DNA of 64,000 nucleotides from a virus. The notes beneath the pieces are model-generated. The model had not been told where the DNA came from. It was given only the letters and a program-made list of their open reading frames with translations, and ran no database searches. This document shows, piece after piece, positions 46,127 to 54,880 of the stretch. Location: the IMG/VR virus record IMGVR_UViG_3300028327_000585. One strand, written 5' to 3'. The first letter of the stretch is position 1; every line of letters begins with the position of its first letter. The position numbers were made by a program, and so were the translations under genes.

Positions 46127-46594
46127 TTAAAAGGGAATGTCGTCGTCATAGTCAGCATTGCTTTGAGGGGCGCTTTGAGGACTGTTTTGAGGCGCGGTGG
46201 CGGTTCCGCCGCCTGACTTTCCTTTATAAGTATCTTCTCCATAACCATAATTATTGCCGTCTTCCGCACGTCCCAACATAACCAGATTGTCGCACTGAAT
46301 CTCTGTGAAATTCCGTTTAACATTGTCGTTGTCCGTGTATTCGCGGTATTGAATGCGCCCTTCAATCATCACCTGCTTGCCTTTTCGCAGATATTTTCCC
46401 ACTATCTCGGCCAGCTTGTTCCATGCGACTATCTGATGCCATTCGGTTTTCTGCTGTTTTTCGCCCTCTTGTGTCTTCCATGTCTCTGTGGTCGCAATGC
46501 TGAATCTCGCGACGCTTTTGCCGTTTTGGGTCACTTTTGTCTCCGGGTCTTTCCCCAGATTTCCTATAAGGATTACTTTATTTAATGATCCCAT
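46127..46594 (-). CDS. ssb: Single-stranded DNA-binding protein
   Basis: LNKVILIGNLGKDPE, TEWHQIVAW, C-terminal DDDIPF; SD GAGGAG. Confidence 0.96.
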   Translation of the reverse strand: MGSLNKVILIGNLGKDPETKVTQNGKSVARFSIATTETWKTQEGEKQQKTEWHQIVAWNKLAEIVGKYLRKGKQVMIEGRIQYREYTDNDNVKRNFTEIQCDNLVMLGRAEDGNNYGYGEDTYKGKSGGGTATAPQNSPQSAPQSNADYDDDIPF

Positions 46595-46609
46595 ATAATA
46601 CACTCCTCG

Positions 46610-46618
46610 TGGTATGAT
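46610..46618 (+). promoter_or_regulatory. Extended -10 (TGG-TATGAT) 5 nt before ATG 46624
   Basis: Leaderless geometry; divergent from ssb. Confidence 0.4.
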
Positions 46619-46623
46619 TGGGT

Positions 46624-46791
46624 ATGTTTAGGAAAAAAGCCATAATCAACAAAAAACTAACGTTGATGAGTCTATCTCCTGAAGAAAAACTCAGGCTCAT
46701 TGAAAGCGCTAAAAATGTCGCGACGAAACGGGCGATTGAGAAGCTGGCTACTCGTCTTCGCCTTGGTACAGCTCGTCGTCGTCGCTTATAA
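46624..46791 (+). CDS. 55-aa very basic micro-protein MFRKKAIINKKLTLMSLSPEEKLRLIESAKNVATKRAIEKLATRLRLGTARRRRL
   Basis: Below track cutoff; supported only by the upstream -10 box and K-x-A motifs; 3' end overlaps the acidic ORF. Confidence 0.4.
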   Translation: MFRKKAIINKKLTLMSLSPEEKLRLIESAKNVATKRAIEKLATRLRLGTARRRRL

Positions 46792-46864
46792 ATTCATCCT
46801 CAAAATCCTTGGTATCATAATCTACAGCGTCTTCATATTCCGGGATTTCTTCATCGTATGGCAT
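46748..46864 (-). CDS. 38-aa hyper-acidic peptide MPYDEEIPEYEDAVDYDTKDFEDEFISDDDELYQGEDE
   Basis: Below track cutoff; SD AAAGGA; 19 of 38 residues D/E; upstream of ssb on the same strand. Confidence 0.7.
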   Translation of the reverse strand: MPYDEEIPEYEDAVDYDTKDFEDEFISDDDELYQGEDE

Positions 46865-46893
46865 CGGATGTTCCTTTTGAATTAATTTTACCA

Positions 46894-48264
46894 CTATTCA
46901 AATAAAGGCAATAGTGAATCATAATAATCCTCGCTGATAATAATGCTGTGTTTAATCGCCCTGACAGCAGGAGGGTCGCCCTTGTGAAAAACTTTTGTCC
47001 GGCTCAATTCATGCTCACCCGCCATATAATTGTAAAAATTCATCGCCAAAGACAGAGGTATCCTCAGATCATCTAAAAACAATACTTTCCTGGAATATGG
47101 TTTTATCTGCTCTAAGGAGGTATTATATAACTGATTGAGGTCATGTTCTTCCAGTTTGTTTTGATTAATCGCTTCATTGGCGAGCAGGCTTTGGGCGTTC
47201 CTGAGTTTTTCCACTCTACAGACACGCAGCCAGTCGAACAGATTCACATAAATCTTGTTCTGGCAGGAGTACATCCTTGCGGCCTGGGTGCCATTGTGCC
47301 CAATCTTATGGGAATAAAATCCGCGGCATGTATTATAGTCAACGTACTCTAAAAATGGATATACATCACGATATAGACTCGACACTCTTTCGATGCTGAC
47401 GTTGGCGTGACGGCATCTGCGAGTCAGTAGCCCTCTGTAATTATATCCTTTTATAACGCCTATGTGCTCTTCGTGGTCAAAATGCCCTTCGGCGCACCAG
47501 TGCAGCGTGGAATTGGCCGGGCTGGGAAGCTCCCCGTCATCCTCAGTCCTGGTGTAAAGAAAAACCTTGAAGCGGTCAAAGTTGCGCGGATCCAATACGG
47601 CGCGGGCTTTTATGATGTATGGGTCGGGTTTTCGTCTGCTCTTGTTAAGAGCCTTAACCTTGCTTGCTATATGACTCAATTCGGGGAGTGTCTTCTGTTT
47701 CATATACCCCGAACCGTTTCTGAGGTGCTCGGTTCTGAGGTGCGTCAGACCGCAGTCACGAAACAAAGGCTCGACCGTGCTCAGTTTTGCGAACTTGTGT
47801 TCAGCCAGCCCTTTTATTTCATGAAGTTTGCCGCAGTATGGCGAGGGTCGTCCCATTCGCCTGAAGTAACTTTGCAGATCGCAACCAACATTGCGATGCA
47901 CCACAGGCTCCAATCCCTCAAGGTTGACATAGTAATCAAAGTCCTGCTTGGCGAAAATGACGTCGTCCACGGTCGCGAAATAAACCCCGTCTTCAATGGG
48001 ATAACGCGCCTCATTGATTAGGGAGTAGGTGCCGTCAAATCCGGGCGGGGCATAGTCGCAAATTACATTGCCGTCTTCGTTGTAGCCGGCTGAAAGAGTC
48101 TCCCACGTCGCCCCTTGCCTGGATTTAAAAACTATAAGCCCAACCGGGTCAGACCTGAGCCACTGCCCGAAATTGTAGAGAGTAATAGAGCGGTCTATCA
48201 CGTTTCCGTAGGCGTCGAATATCTCGACAAACTCACGGCGGCCTATGTAGTAGTGCTTTTTCAC
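46894..48264 (-). CDS. Large hypothetical protein (456 aa, GTG start)
   Basis: SD GGGAGG and GTGA overlap with the SLT stop; no family recognised. Confidence 0.7.
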   Translation of the reverse strand: MKKHYYIGRREFVEIFDAYGNVIDRSITLYNFGQWLRSDPVGLIVFKSRQGATWETLSAGYNEDGNVICDYAPPGFDGTYSLINEARYPIEDGVYFATVDDVIFAKQDFDYYVNLEGLEPVVHRNVGCDLQSYFRRMGRPSPYCGKLHEIKGLAEHKFAKLSTVEPLFRDCGLTHLRTEHLRNGSGYMKQKTLPELSHIASKVKALNKSRRKPDPYIIKARAVLDPRNFDRFKVFLYTRTEDDGELPSPANSTLHWCAEGHFDHEEHIGVIKGYNYRGLLTRRCRHANVSIERVSSLYRDVYPFLEYVDYNTCRGFYSHKIGHNGTQAARMYSCQNKIYVNLFDWLRVCRVEKLRNAQSLLANEAINQNKLEEHDLNQLYNTSLEQIKPYSRKVLFLDDLRIPLSLAMNFYNYMAGEHELSRTKVFHKGDPPAVRAIKHSIIISEDYYDSLLPLFE

Positions 48265-48908
48265 GGCGCTTCGTTGCCTCCCAATTGTTTTTGATACGGC
48301 GCGGCTTTGGACATGACCTTTCTGGCGTAAACATCGCCCCTGCCATTGTAAAGCCAAAGGGCGCGGGTAAAATCGCCCTGGGGAGACTGACCGGACATCA
48401 CAGAGACGGAGTAGTTGTCATACAAAACCTGCGTACAAATCCTGATATTGAGCACCGGATCACGAAATTGTTTCAAATCGCTTATATTGAGGCCAAACAT
48501 CCTGGCATAGGCCAGCCCGGTGGCCGGCATCAACTGCATCAATCCCATCGCGCCGGCTCTGGATACCACGTCGGGTTTCCATTCGCTTTCCGTTTCAATG
48601 AGCGCCAGAATCAGCCACGATGGAATGCCTGTGCGCTTGCATCCGTCGAAAATTTCAAAGGCGATTTTGGCGCTGGTGTCTGGAGAGGCGTTGGGCAGCT
48701 TTTCCATGACGATGCTTCTCAGAATGCCCTCCTCCCGAAGTATCGCCACATGTGCCCTGATGGCCTGGTTCTCCTGCAATATGTGTTCGTATTTGTTGAG
48801 TGTCCTGAGAAATGTGATGACCAATATGAAGTTGCAGGCGATACAAAGCAATATTGCGACAGTCGCCCAAAGATATTGGAGTATGGCGGAGATGATTTTG
48901 TTACGCAT
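48261..48908 (-). CDS. Soluble lytic transglycosylase (SLT) with N-terminal TM anchor
   Basis: ALIETES catalytic Glu, SRAGAMGLMQLMPATG, DPVLNI, ALWLYNG; hydrophobic residues ~8-33. Confidence 0.9.
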   Translation of the reverse strand: MRNKIISAILQYLWATVAILLCIACNFILVITFLRTLNKYEHILQENQAIRAHVAILREEGILRSIVMEKLPNASPDTSAKIAFEIFDGCKRTGIPSWLILALIETESEWKPDVVSRAGAMGLMQLMPATGLAYARMFGLNISDLKQFRDPVLNIRICTQVLYDNYSVSVMSGQSPQGDFTRALWLYNGRGDVYARKVMSKAAPYQKQLGGNEAP

Positions 48909-49230
48909 TGACTAAAAGCTCCTTGTCGTAGCGCGGGAAAACTATATTCCCATCAACCCGGTAGCTCTTGCCATTCTTAAAATATTGCCGCCATATATCA
49001 TCGTGGAGTTCCCCGATGACTGTTACCTGAAAAACTACATTTGGATACGTCCGAGAGAGAACCTTCATATCTTCTTCAAAATCCCAATCCAGCCAGGCGT
49101 TTGGGCATCCGAATTCATCGACGGCTTCAAACAGATCGCTGAATAATTCCTTGTTTAATGCCGATAGTATTGTGTATAGACTTACGTTTCCATCGACGAT
49201 GTCCAGGTCATAGCGGTTTTGATAGCTCAT
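48901..49230 (-). CDS. Acidic hypothetical phage protein, tandem paralog B
   Basis: WDFEEDMKVLSRTYPNVVFQVT...DDIWRQYFKNGKS. Confidence 0.75.
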   Translation of the reverse strand: MSYQNRYDLDIVDGNVSLYTILSALNKELFSDLFEAVDEFGCPNAWLDWDFEEDMKVLSRTYPNVVFQVTVIGELHDDIWRQYFKNGKSYRVDGNIVFPRYDKELLVNA

Positions 49231-49568
49231 ATTTTCTCCAGTTTGTCTTCGTCAAAAGGCGGATATGTCACAATCGCGTCAACTTTATGAGATTTGCCGT
49301 TCTTGAAATATTGCCGCCACATGTCATCGGGTATCTGGCCTTGTCCGGTTAGCTGGAATACGATGTCTGGATACATCTCTGATATGGCTTTCATATCTTC
49401 TTCGCAATCCCAATATGTATCGTTGTCGTTAGGACTTCCATCGTCGTTTATTTTACAAAATAAATCTTCAAATTCGTCTCTGTCTAACTCTGACAGGATA
49501 GTGTATATACTCTTGTCGCCGCTGAAAACGTCTAATTCGTAGTAGGTGTAGCTATCGTACATGCTCAT
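49227..49568 (-). CDS. Acidic hypothetical phage protein, tandem paralog A
   Basis: WDCEEDMKAISEMYPDIVFQLT...DDMWRQYFKNGKS. Confidence 0.75.
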   Translation of the reverse strand: MSMYDSYTYYELDVFSGDKSIYTILSELDRDEFEDLFCKINDDGSPNDNDTYWDCEEDMKAISEMYPDIVFQLTGQGQIPDDMWRQYFKNGKSHKVDAIVTYPPFDEDKLEKI

Positions 49569-49753
49569 TTCCTTTTTCTCGCTTTTTCATCCAAAAGGCA
49601 TTCGTCTGGAACGCAACCATGCTGTGTCATTCCATCAGTATGGCGGCAAACTTGCGTCATTGCTTCGGCTCTGGTGATGCTTTCGATTTGCTTCTTCTTG
49701 ATATTCTTTGCAGATTTTGTTTGTCCTTGCTTCTCTGGCATTTTTCTGTCCAT
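49565..49753 (-). CDS. Small basic hypothetical protein
   Basis: SD AAGGAGG; coupled to the next gene. Confidence 0.5.
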   Translation of the reverse strand: MDRKMPEKQGQTKSAKNIKKKQIESITRAEAMTQVCRHTDGMTQHGCVPDECLLDEKARKRK

Positions 49754-50184
49754 GTTCCTGCCTCCTTTTTGGCGTGTTCGTCAACCAGGTCGTTGTATCT
49801 GTTCCCCGAATGGGATTTCACATACTGCGCTGTCAGGCTCAAATGAAATTCGGACGCTCTTTTGAGCCTCAGCCAGAGGTCGAGGTTTGGCCTGTCTGGA
49901 TTTTGAACCATACAGGAAAGGTCGTATCCGCGTTCTAAATTAATCGGTTGGGTTACGTACGTCGCGTCGCAAATGATTATGACGTGCGCTGGTATTCTGA
50001 TGGCTTCGAGGCCGAGGATCGCCGCCAGGAGTTCCATCCTGGGAGCACTGATCGGCCCCTCCTTAATCTGCCCGTGGACGAGCTTCTCCGCTTTATCGCT
50101 TTTTAGGAAATAAGCATATCCTCCGGTTTTTGTCTTTACAGAATAGGCGCCATCTGTGTAGAGTGTGATGTTTTGAATAGACAC
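49657..50184 (-). CDS. rnhA: Ribonuclease HI
   Basis: LYTDGA, RMELLAAILGL, IICDATYV, PNLDLW, VKSHSGNRYNDLVDEHA. Confidence 0.9.
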   Translation of the reverse strand: MSIQNITLYTDGAYSVKTKTGGYAYFLKSDKAEKLVHGQIKEGPISAPRMELLAAILGLEAIRIPAHVIIICDATYVTQPINLERGYDLSCMVQNPDRPNLDLWLRLKRASEFHLSLTAQYVKSHSGNRYNDLVDEHAKKEAGTWTEKCQRSKDKQNLQRISRRSKSKASPEPKQ

Positions 50185-50185
50185 C

Positions 50186-50722
50186 TCATTGGCGTATAGG
50201 CAGTTCTTTCCATTCGTCTATCCGCCTCAAATATTTCATGAATTCTCTGGAAATAAAGCCGTCCATCTCCAGATAAAGAAGCGTGCCGGCTTCGTCTATC
50301 GTTTCTCTCAACAGTTTGGTTGAGTAGAACGATGGCACTATGGTCTTAATATGCTCGTGATCAAGAGGTTCAGAATATACATGGTATTTAATTTCGTTTT
50401 TCAAAAACGGATTAGGGTTATTTTCCCACAAAACTTGTAATAATCGTCCTGTCGGGGTGGCGTTAGAAGCCCTGTCAACGTAAGCGCGAAACTCCATCTC
50501 GTCCATAACTCTGTTGCGGCATTCCTCAAGAGTGCCTGAAAAGACATCCACTGTTTTTTGCGTTACTGTATTAACTAGTTTGCTCGTATAATTTTTAGGG
50601 TCTATCATGCTCTGAACTATCTTCCCGATATAATTCTCGTGAGACAATTCGACGCAATCCAAAACAATCTTGCCTGTTCTTTCAAAATGCAGCGTATCGC
50701 TACTCATTACTTTTCTCATCAA
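50186..50722 (-). CDS. Hypothetical protein, paralog of 50770-51360
   Basis: FSGTLEECRNRV...DRASNATPTGR. Confidence 0.65.
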   Translation of the reverse strand: MMRKVMSSDTLHFERTGKIVLDCVELSHENYIGKIVQSMIDPKNYTSKLVNTVTQKTVDVFSGTLEECRNRVMDEMEFRAYVDRASNATPTGRLLQVLWENNPNPFLKNEIKYHVYSEPLDHEHIKTIVPSFYSTKLLRETIDEAGTLLYLEMDGFISREFMKYLRRIDEWKELPIRQ

Positions 50723-50769
50723 AAAGAATTTTGGTTAAATCGGAAATTTTCATCCATAACTTGAAAAAG

Positions 50770-51360
50770 TTAGGCCATAGTCATATTCAAAATTGGATTG
50801 TCTTCGTAAGGATATAACTCAGATATTTCCTCAAGATCCTCAATTGATTTTAATGAACGGATTTCTTTTGCGGGCGGCTGACTATCAATGGGCCTCCAAA
50901 TAGCAGCGTTATAAAAATACTTAAACTGACACAGATAATATATTTTATCGCTACCTATCCTTTCATCCATAATATAGAGATCACGAGCATCTTTATAAAG
51001 TAATGATTCGGGCTTCTTTTGAGCATCTTCAAGATTATCAAATATCCAATATTTTAATTTTTCAGGATAGCTCCCCGCCCCAAGAGGCGAAGTTAATATA
51101 TATCGCCCCGTTGGGGCAATTTCAAGAGCTTTATCTCTATAATCCAGAAGCCTAAGAAAACTTTCGACATTTTTAACGCATTCGACTAAATTAGTTCCAG
51201 AACGAATTTTAAAAAAACCATTGGTTTTTACGTTTGTAATTTTAAGGTCATAAAAAAGAATGCCGCCTTTTTCTGGAATGTCCTCGAAAATCTCCCCCGT
51301 AAAATTACCAAGCCTACATTTTTTAAAATCTTCCCAAACCACTGGTTCCGTAGTTAGCAT
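50770..51360 (-). CDS. Hypothetical protein, paralog of 50186-50722
   Basis: RSGTNLVECVKNV...DKALEIAPTGR. Confidence 0.65.
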   Translation of the reverse strand: MLTTEPVVWEDFKKCRLGNFTGEIFEDIPEKGGILFYDLKITNVKTNGFFKIRSGTNLVECVKNVESFLRLLDYRDKALEIAPTGRYILTSPLGAGSYPEKLKYWIFDNLEDAQKKPESLLYKDARDLYIMDERIGSDKIYYLCQFKYFYNAAIWRPIDSQPPAKEIRSLKSIEDLEEISELYPYEDNPILNMTMA

Positions 51361-52010
51361 TAGCTGTCCTTCTTCTCATAAATCTTGAAAAACACGCCGG
51401 CGGTTACTTCGGCGTCGGTTATGGCCCTGTGGGCCTTTTGGTTTGAAATTCCGCAGTGTTCGGCCACTTTCTCCAGCTTGTACTTGTCGAGATTGGGGAA
51501 GTGTCTCTTGGACAATTGCAACGTGCAGAGAAATTCCGGTATCACACTGTTGTCAAAGCCGTATCGGGCCAGATTTTTGTGGATCATGTTCCTGTCAAAG
51601 ACCGCGTTGTGGGCGACAAAATACTTTGGTTTCAGGTCGTCCAGCCAGTTCAGAAAAGACTGATAGACCTTGGCGGGCGGACTGGCGGACGCATTCATGT
51701 CAGCATCCGTCAGTCCGGTTATCTCAACAATTTTTGGGGGCAGCGAGCGCCCAGGGTTAAGCAAATCCCAAAAGGCGTCCACCTCAACGGAATCGCCATT
51801 GTATTTGACAGACAGAGCGCCGATTTCGATGATGTCCTCTTCATCGGGATTCAGGCCGGTGGTCTCGACGTCGAAAAAGACTATGGGGCCATCAAAACGG
51901 CGCTCTTTGTCTCTCCAGTGATTCTTATAAAAATCCAGTGCCGGCTCAACGATGCGCTTTTTTATATCGGGCAGTATTTTGGGAACGTCTAAAACTATAT
52001 CTTTACTCAA
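51360..52010 (-). CDS. DEDDh 3'-5' exonuclease (DnaQ/epsilon-like)
   Basis: FFDVETTGL, VAHNAVFD, CTLQLS, AHRAITDA. Confidence 0.92.
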   Translation of the reverse strand: MSKDIVLDVPKILPDIKKRIVEPALDFYKNHWRDKERRFDGPIVFFDVETTGLNPDEEDIIEIGALSVKYNGDSVEVDAFWDLLNPGRSLPPKIVEITGLTDADMNASASPPAKVYQSFLNWLDDLKPKYFVAHNAVFDRNMIHKNLARYGFDNSVIPEFLCTLQLSKRHFPNLDKYKLEKVAEHCGISNQKAHRAITDAEVTAGVFFKIYEKKDS

Positions 52011-52461
52011 GGTCGCCTTCCTTTACAAGTCTGTACATGCCCGGTCCGTCATACGCGGTTTTCAGCGCAACCGAAACGCCCGCCAAAATCATCGTCATCC
52101 ATGAGCCTGAGCGATCAGAGGCTTTGCGCTTTGAATATGTGATCTTGCTCCTGATCACCGAGCAAATCGGTTTATAAGCCGGCTCCAGCTCTTCCACGCT
52201 ATTAAGAAACGCCTCCACAAACGGGCGCTGCTCCTGATAGAGAACTCCATTACGTTTATTTAGCTTGCGAGGAAAGTTTTTTAGCCGCTCAAGAGCTTGT
52301 TTATGACTAATACCGATAGCAGCGCTTATTCGTATCGCTAAAGGGTCTTTTAGACTGGTTAAGATAATACTTTTAGCCTTTTCCGCTACATCAGTTGACA
52401 GCTTTAGTGATTTTTGATTGCTCAAACTATTCTCCTTATTGTTATCTAACAAGGATAGCAA
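52003..52461 (-). CDS. Hypothetical protein
   Basis: 152-aa ORF in the operon. Confidence 0.55.
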   Translation of the reverse strand: MLSLLDNNKENSLSNQKSLKLSTDVAEKAKSIILTSLKDPLAIRISAAIGISHKQALERLKNFPRKLNKRNGVLYQEQRPFVEAFLNSVEELEPAYKPICSVIRSKITYSKRKASDRSGSWMTMILAGVSVALKTAYDGPGMYRLVKEGDLE

Positions 52462-52476
52462 CCAAAAAAGTGTTTG

Positions 52477-53505
52477 TCAACCGTTAAAAATTGTGCAAGA
52501 TGTATAAATGTAACGGTCTTTTTGTGAAAATACGATATTCTTGTTGTCCGACAAATTAAGTGTGATTTTTCCGTCTGTTTCAAAACCGATGTCGGATATA
52601 TGCTGGAGCGCTTGTCTCGACACCCTGATACCTGGAGCTTCCTCCGACATTTTCACTTCGATAGCATATTTTGTCCTATCGCCTTGTCCGCAAGACAAGC
52701 CCTCTTTACTGATCTGAATTGGAAATATATTGCTATCGACAGAATCTGAAAATAATACCTTGCAAGCCTCTTTTAACTCAGTGGCATTAAATTTAATGGT
52801 GGGGCAATTTGGCTTTATCGTCTTTTCCAGCATTTTATTGACCATAGGAGTTTTGCTGACTATCAACGGCGCCGTCATCAGACGGGAATCGTTTTTGAAC
52901 GCCACCCTGTTGTCGTCAACATAAATGTGAGTGGGATCACAAGATAGCAGCTTCGGCACAAAGTCCTGCGCCAGTTGGAATCTTGGCAATTTCTGTCTGA
53001 CCAAAAACAGATTGGATACACCTGAGTTTTCTTTGTAGTACAGCAAGTCTTCGCTGGAGACAAGCGTGCCTTTGATTTTCAGTTTTTCAAGTGCTTTGAT
53101 GTCTGCCTTAAAGGTATCCGGGAGTTTATGCCACTCGCCCTCTATTGTAACCTGCCGATGTGTCTGAATAGGATAGGTCTCGAATTTCCGAGATGCCCTG
53201 CCGCTTTTCATGACAAAAAGCCCGCCGTCAAGACTGACCTTGAACTCCGCTTCCTGGCTTAGAGCGTTGGCAAAATCAGACAACTCATAGACGTCCACCT
53301 CGATCTCTCCTATGCCCTGAAAGAGAGGCTCCAAGGGGAGCGTGATATTGCCACCCTGCTCAAATGAGCCGCACTCGAATTTTAGCTGCTCTCTGGCGTC
53401 AATCCTTACTCGCTTGAGAGGTTCGTGAAGCACGCCGGCGTTGTAGTTGGCGAACTGCCGGACATAGTTGAGCGCAACGGCAAAATCCTTAACTTTCATT
53501 GTCAT
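52477..53505 (-). CDS. Divergent sliding (beta) clamp-like protein
   Basis: 342 aa; N-terminal pattern (PLKRVRIDA...LKFECGSFE...V.V.EL....L......V......MKSG) and the FNATELKEAC segment fit the three-domain DnaN layout. Confidence 0.6.
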   Translation of the reverse strand: MTMKVKDFAVALNYVRQFANYNAGVLHEPLKRVRIDAREQLKFECGSFEQGGNITLPLEPLFQGIGEIEVDVYELSDFANALSQEAEFKVSLDGGLFVMKSGRASRKFETYPIQTHRQVTIEGEWHKLPDTFKADIKALEKLKIKGTLVSSEDLLYYKENSGVSNLFLVRQKLPRFQLAQDFVPKLLSCDPTHIYVDDNRVAFKNDSRLMTAPLIVSKTPMVNKMLEKTIKPNCPTIKFNATELKEACKVLFSDSVDSNIFPIQISKEGLSCGQGDRTKYAIEVKMSEEAPGIRVSRQALQHISDIGFETDGKITLNLSDNKNIVFSQKDRYIYTSCTIFNG

Positions 53506-54661
53506 CTTCCTCGTCGGCTTGCTTGCGCGAGCCGTAGCTGTTTCTCACGGAGACCTTTGCGAACACATCGAACTCATTAGGATCCAGTTCGGCCTTTTTG
53601 CAGATACCTTTTAATTCGGTGCCCGTAATGCTGAGCTTCTTGTTCAGCAGATCGTCCTCAACTCCAAGTTCCCGTAGCTTCGATATTGTTTTTTCGTAGT
53701 TGTAGCTTTTGACCGTACTTGGTTTGTTTCCGTATATACGATCTCCGCCCGCGGGAATGTCGCCGTAAACCTCTACTGCCGCTTTCATCAGATCCTCCCA
53801 GTGTTTCAGCTTGGCCTGCGCGAGCAGATAGTTGCGGCAAAACTTCTCTGCGTCCTCAATGGAATTGATTCTTTCGTTGGCCGCGAAAGCCTGGTGATAT
53901 GCCGGACACGCGCTCATACAACCACAGAGCACACAATAGGAACCGGGACGGGCTTTGGGGGCAGTGTCTCTCGCGAGAATCAAATAATAATCGTCTATCA
54001 TCTTTTTGACGCGCCGCTCAAATTCAGGCAAATCGTCCTCTCTGGTGAACAGGATCGGGGTTGTCGCCCTACCATACCGGCTCATGACAAATGAGAAGTA
54101 GACCTCCTCAACTTCGGGGTGATGCTTTAACACCAACCAGCAATAGACTTCGCGTTGCAGCGACATCTCGGCGTTACCGGCGGAAATGGCCTCCCTGGAG
54201 GTCTTGTAGTCAAAAGCGTAAGCCGTATCCCCATTAATATGATACAGGTCTATGCTGCTGCTAAAGTAATCGGTTGAGCTTGTCGGCTTAAAGTCTTTAT
54301 CCACGCCCAGGCGTTTCTCAATATGCACAGAGTCCGCGGTTGCGAGGTCTTGAAACTCTATCGCGTTCTTGACATTGCGGCAGACATTCAGATAATCGCT
54401 CCGCAAGTGTCCTGGCAGCGTCGTCCGGTATTTTGATACCAGTTCCTCATAAAACTCATCGTCCGTTGCGCGTCTGCGGTCAAAACAGTGCTGGGCGTAT
54501 TCGTGCAGCACCTCATGGACAGCCGTTCCCACTTGCGCTGCGGGATTACGAAAACCTGCCAGTTCTTCTTTATAAACCAGATAAATATATGCCTGACACT
54601 TGTCAAGCCAGTCGATAGCACTATATCGGCAGCGTCGTAGTTCCGCATTGTTGCTCATCAT
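53489..54661 (-). CDS. PD-(D/E)XK nuclease, Cas4/AddB-like with predicted Fe-S cysteines
   Basis: YSAIDWLDKC, GTAVHEVL, IEKRL, SIDL...DYKTS, QREVY, GSYCVLCGCMSACP. Confidence 0.85.
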   Translation of the reverse strand: MMSNNAELRRCRYSAIDWLDKCQAYIYLVYKEELAGFRNPAAQVGTAVHEVLHEYAQHCFDRRRATDDEFYEELVSKYRTTLPGHLRSDYLNVCRNVKNAIEFQDLATADSVHIEKRLGVDKDFKPTSSTDYFSSSIDLYHINGDTAYAFDYKTSREAISAGNAEMSLQREVYCWLVLKHHPEVEEVYFSFVMSRYGRATTPILFTREDDLPEFERRVKKMIDDYYLILARDTAPKARPGSYCVLCGCMSACPAYHQAFAANERINSIEDAEKFCRNYLLAQAKLKHWEDLMKAAVEVYGDIPAGGDRIYGNKPSTVKSYNYEKTISKLRELGVEDDLLNKKLSITGTELKGICKKAELDPNEFDVFAKVSVRNSYGSRKQADEEDDNES

Positions 54662-54845
54662 TTCTCCTTAAAAATTTAGGATTAATACTTTCCGTTAATT
54701 CGCGCATGAATGACTCGATCTCCTCAAATTCCGTGCCGTCCATTAATTTCGACGCAAGTTGGCGATGCAGCAGTTTCCCTTCGAGCGATTCCATAAACTC
54801 GTCAGAAAAACCATTCTCATGCCAAGGAATGCGGCAAATTCGCAA
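54621..54845 (-). CDS. Small hypothetical protein (start uncertain)
   Basis: Fills the gap between operon genes. Confidence 0.4.
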   Translation of the reverse strand: MRICRIPWHENGFSDEFMESLEGKLLHRQLASKLMDGTEFEEIESFMRELTESINPKFLRRNDEQQCGTTTLPI

Positions 54846-54880
54846 TTAATCTGTTTTTCGTCCGGTGTGTCCATAAGCTG

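Noticed and set aside
46894-48264. Orphan 456-aa ORF as the TnpB/Cas12f partner of the omega-RNA
   Set aside because: No RuvC I/II/III motifs (D-x-G, E-x-L, D-x-N-A) in order and no CxxC zinc finger.
47464-48911. Long plus-strand ORFs 47464-48021 and 48285-48911
   Set aside because: Antisense shadows of well-supported minus-strand genes; no SD or recognisable motifs.
53489-54661. Cas4 as evidence of a CRISPR-Cas locus
   Set aside because: No cas1/cas2 or array; solo Cas4/AddB-like nucleases are common in phage recombination operons.
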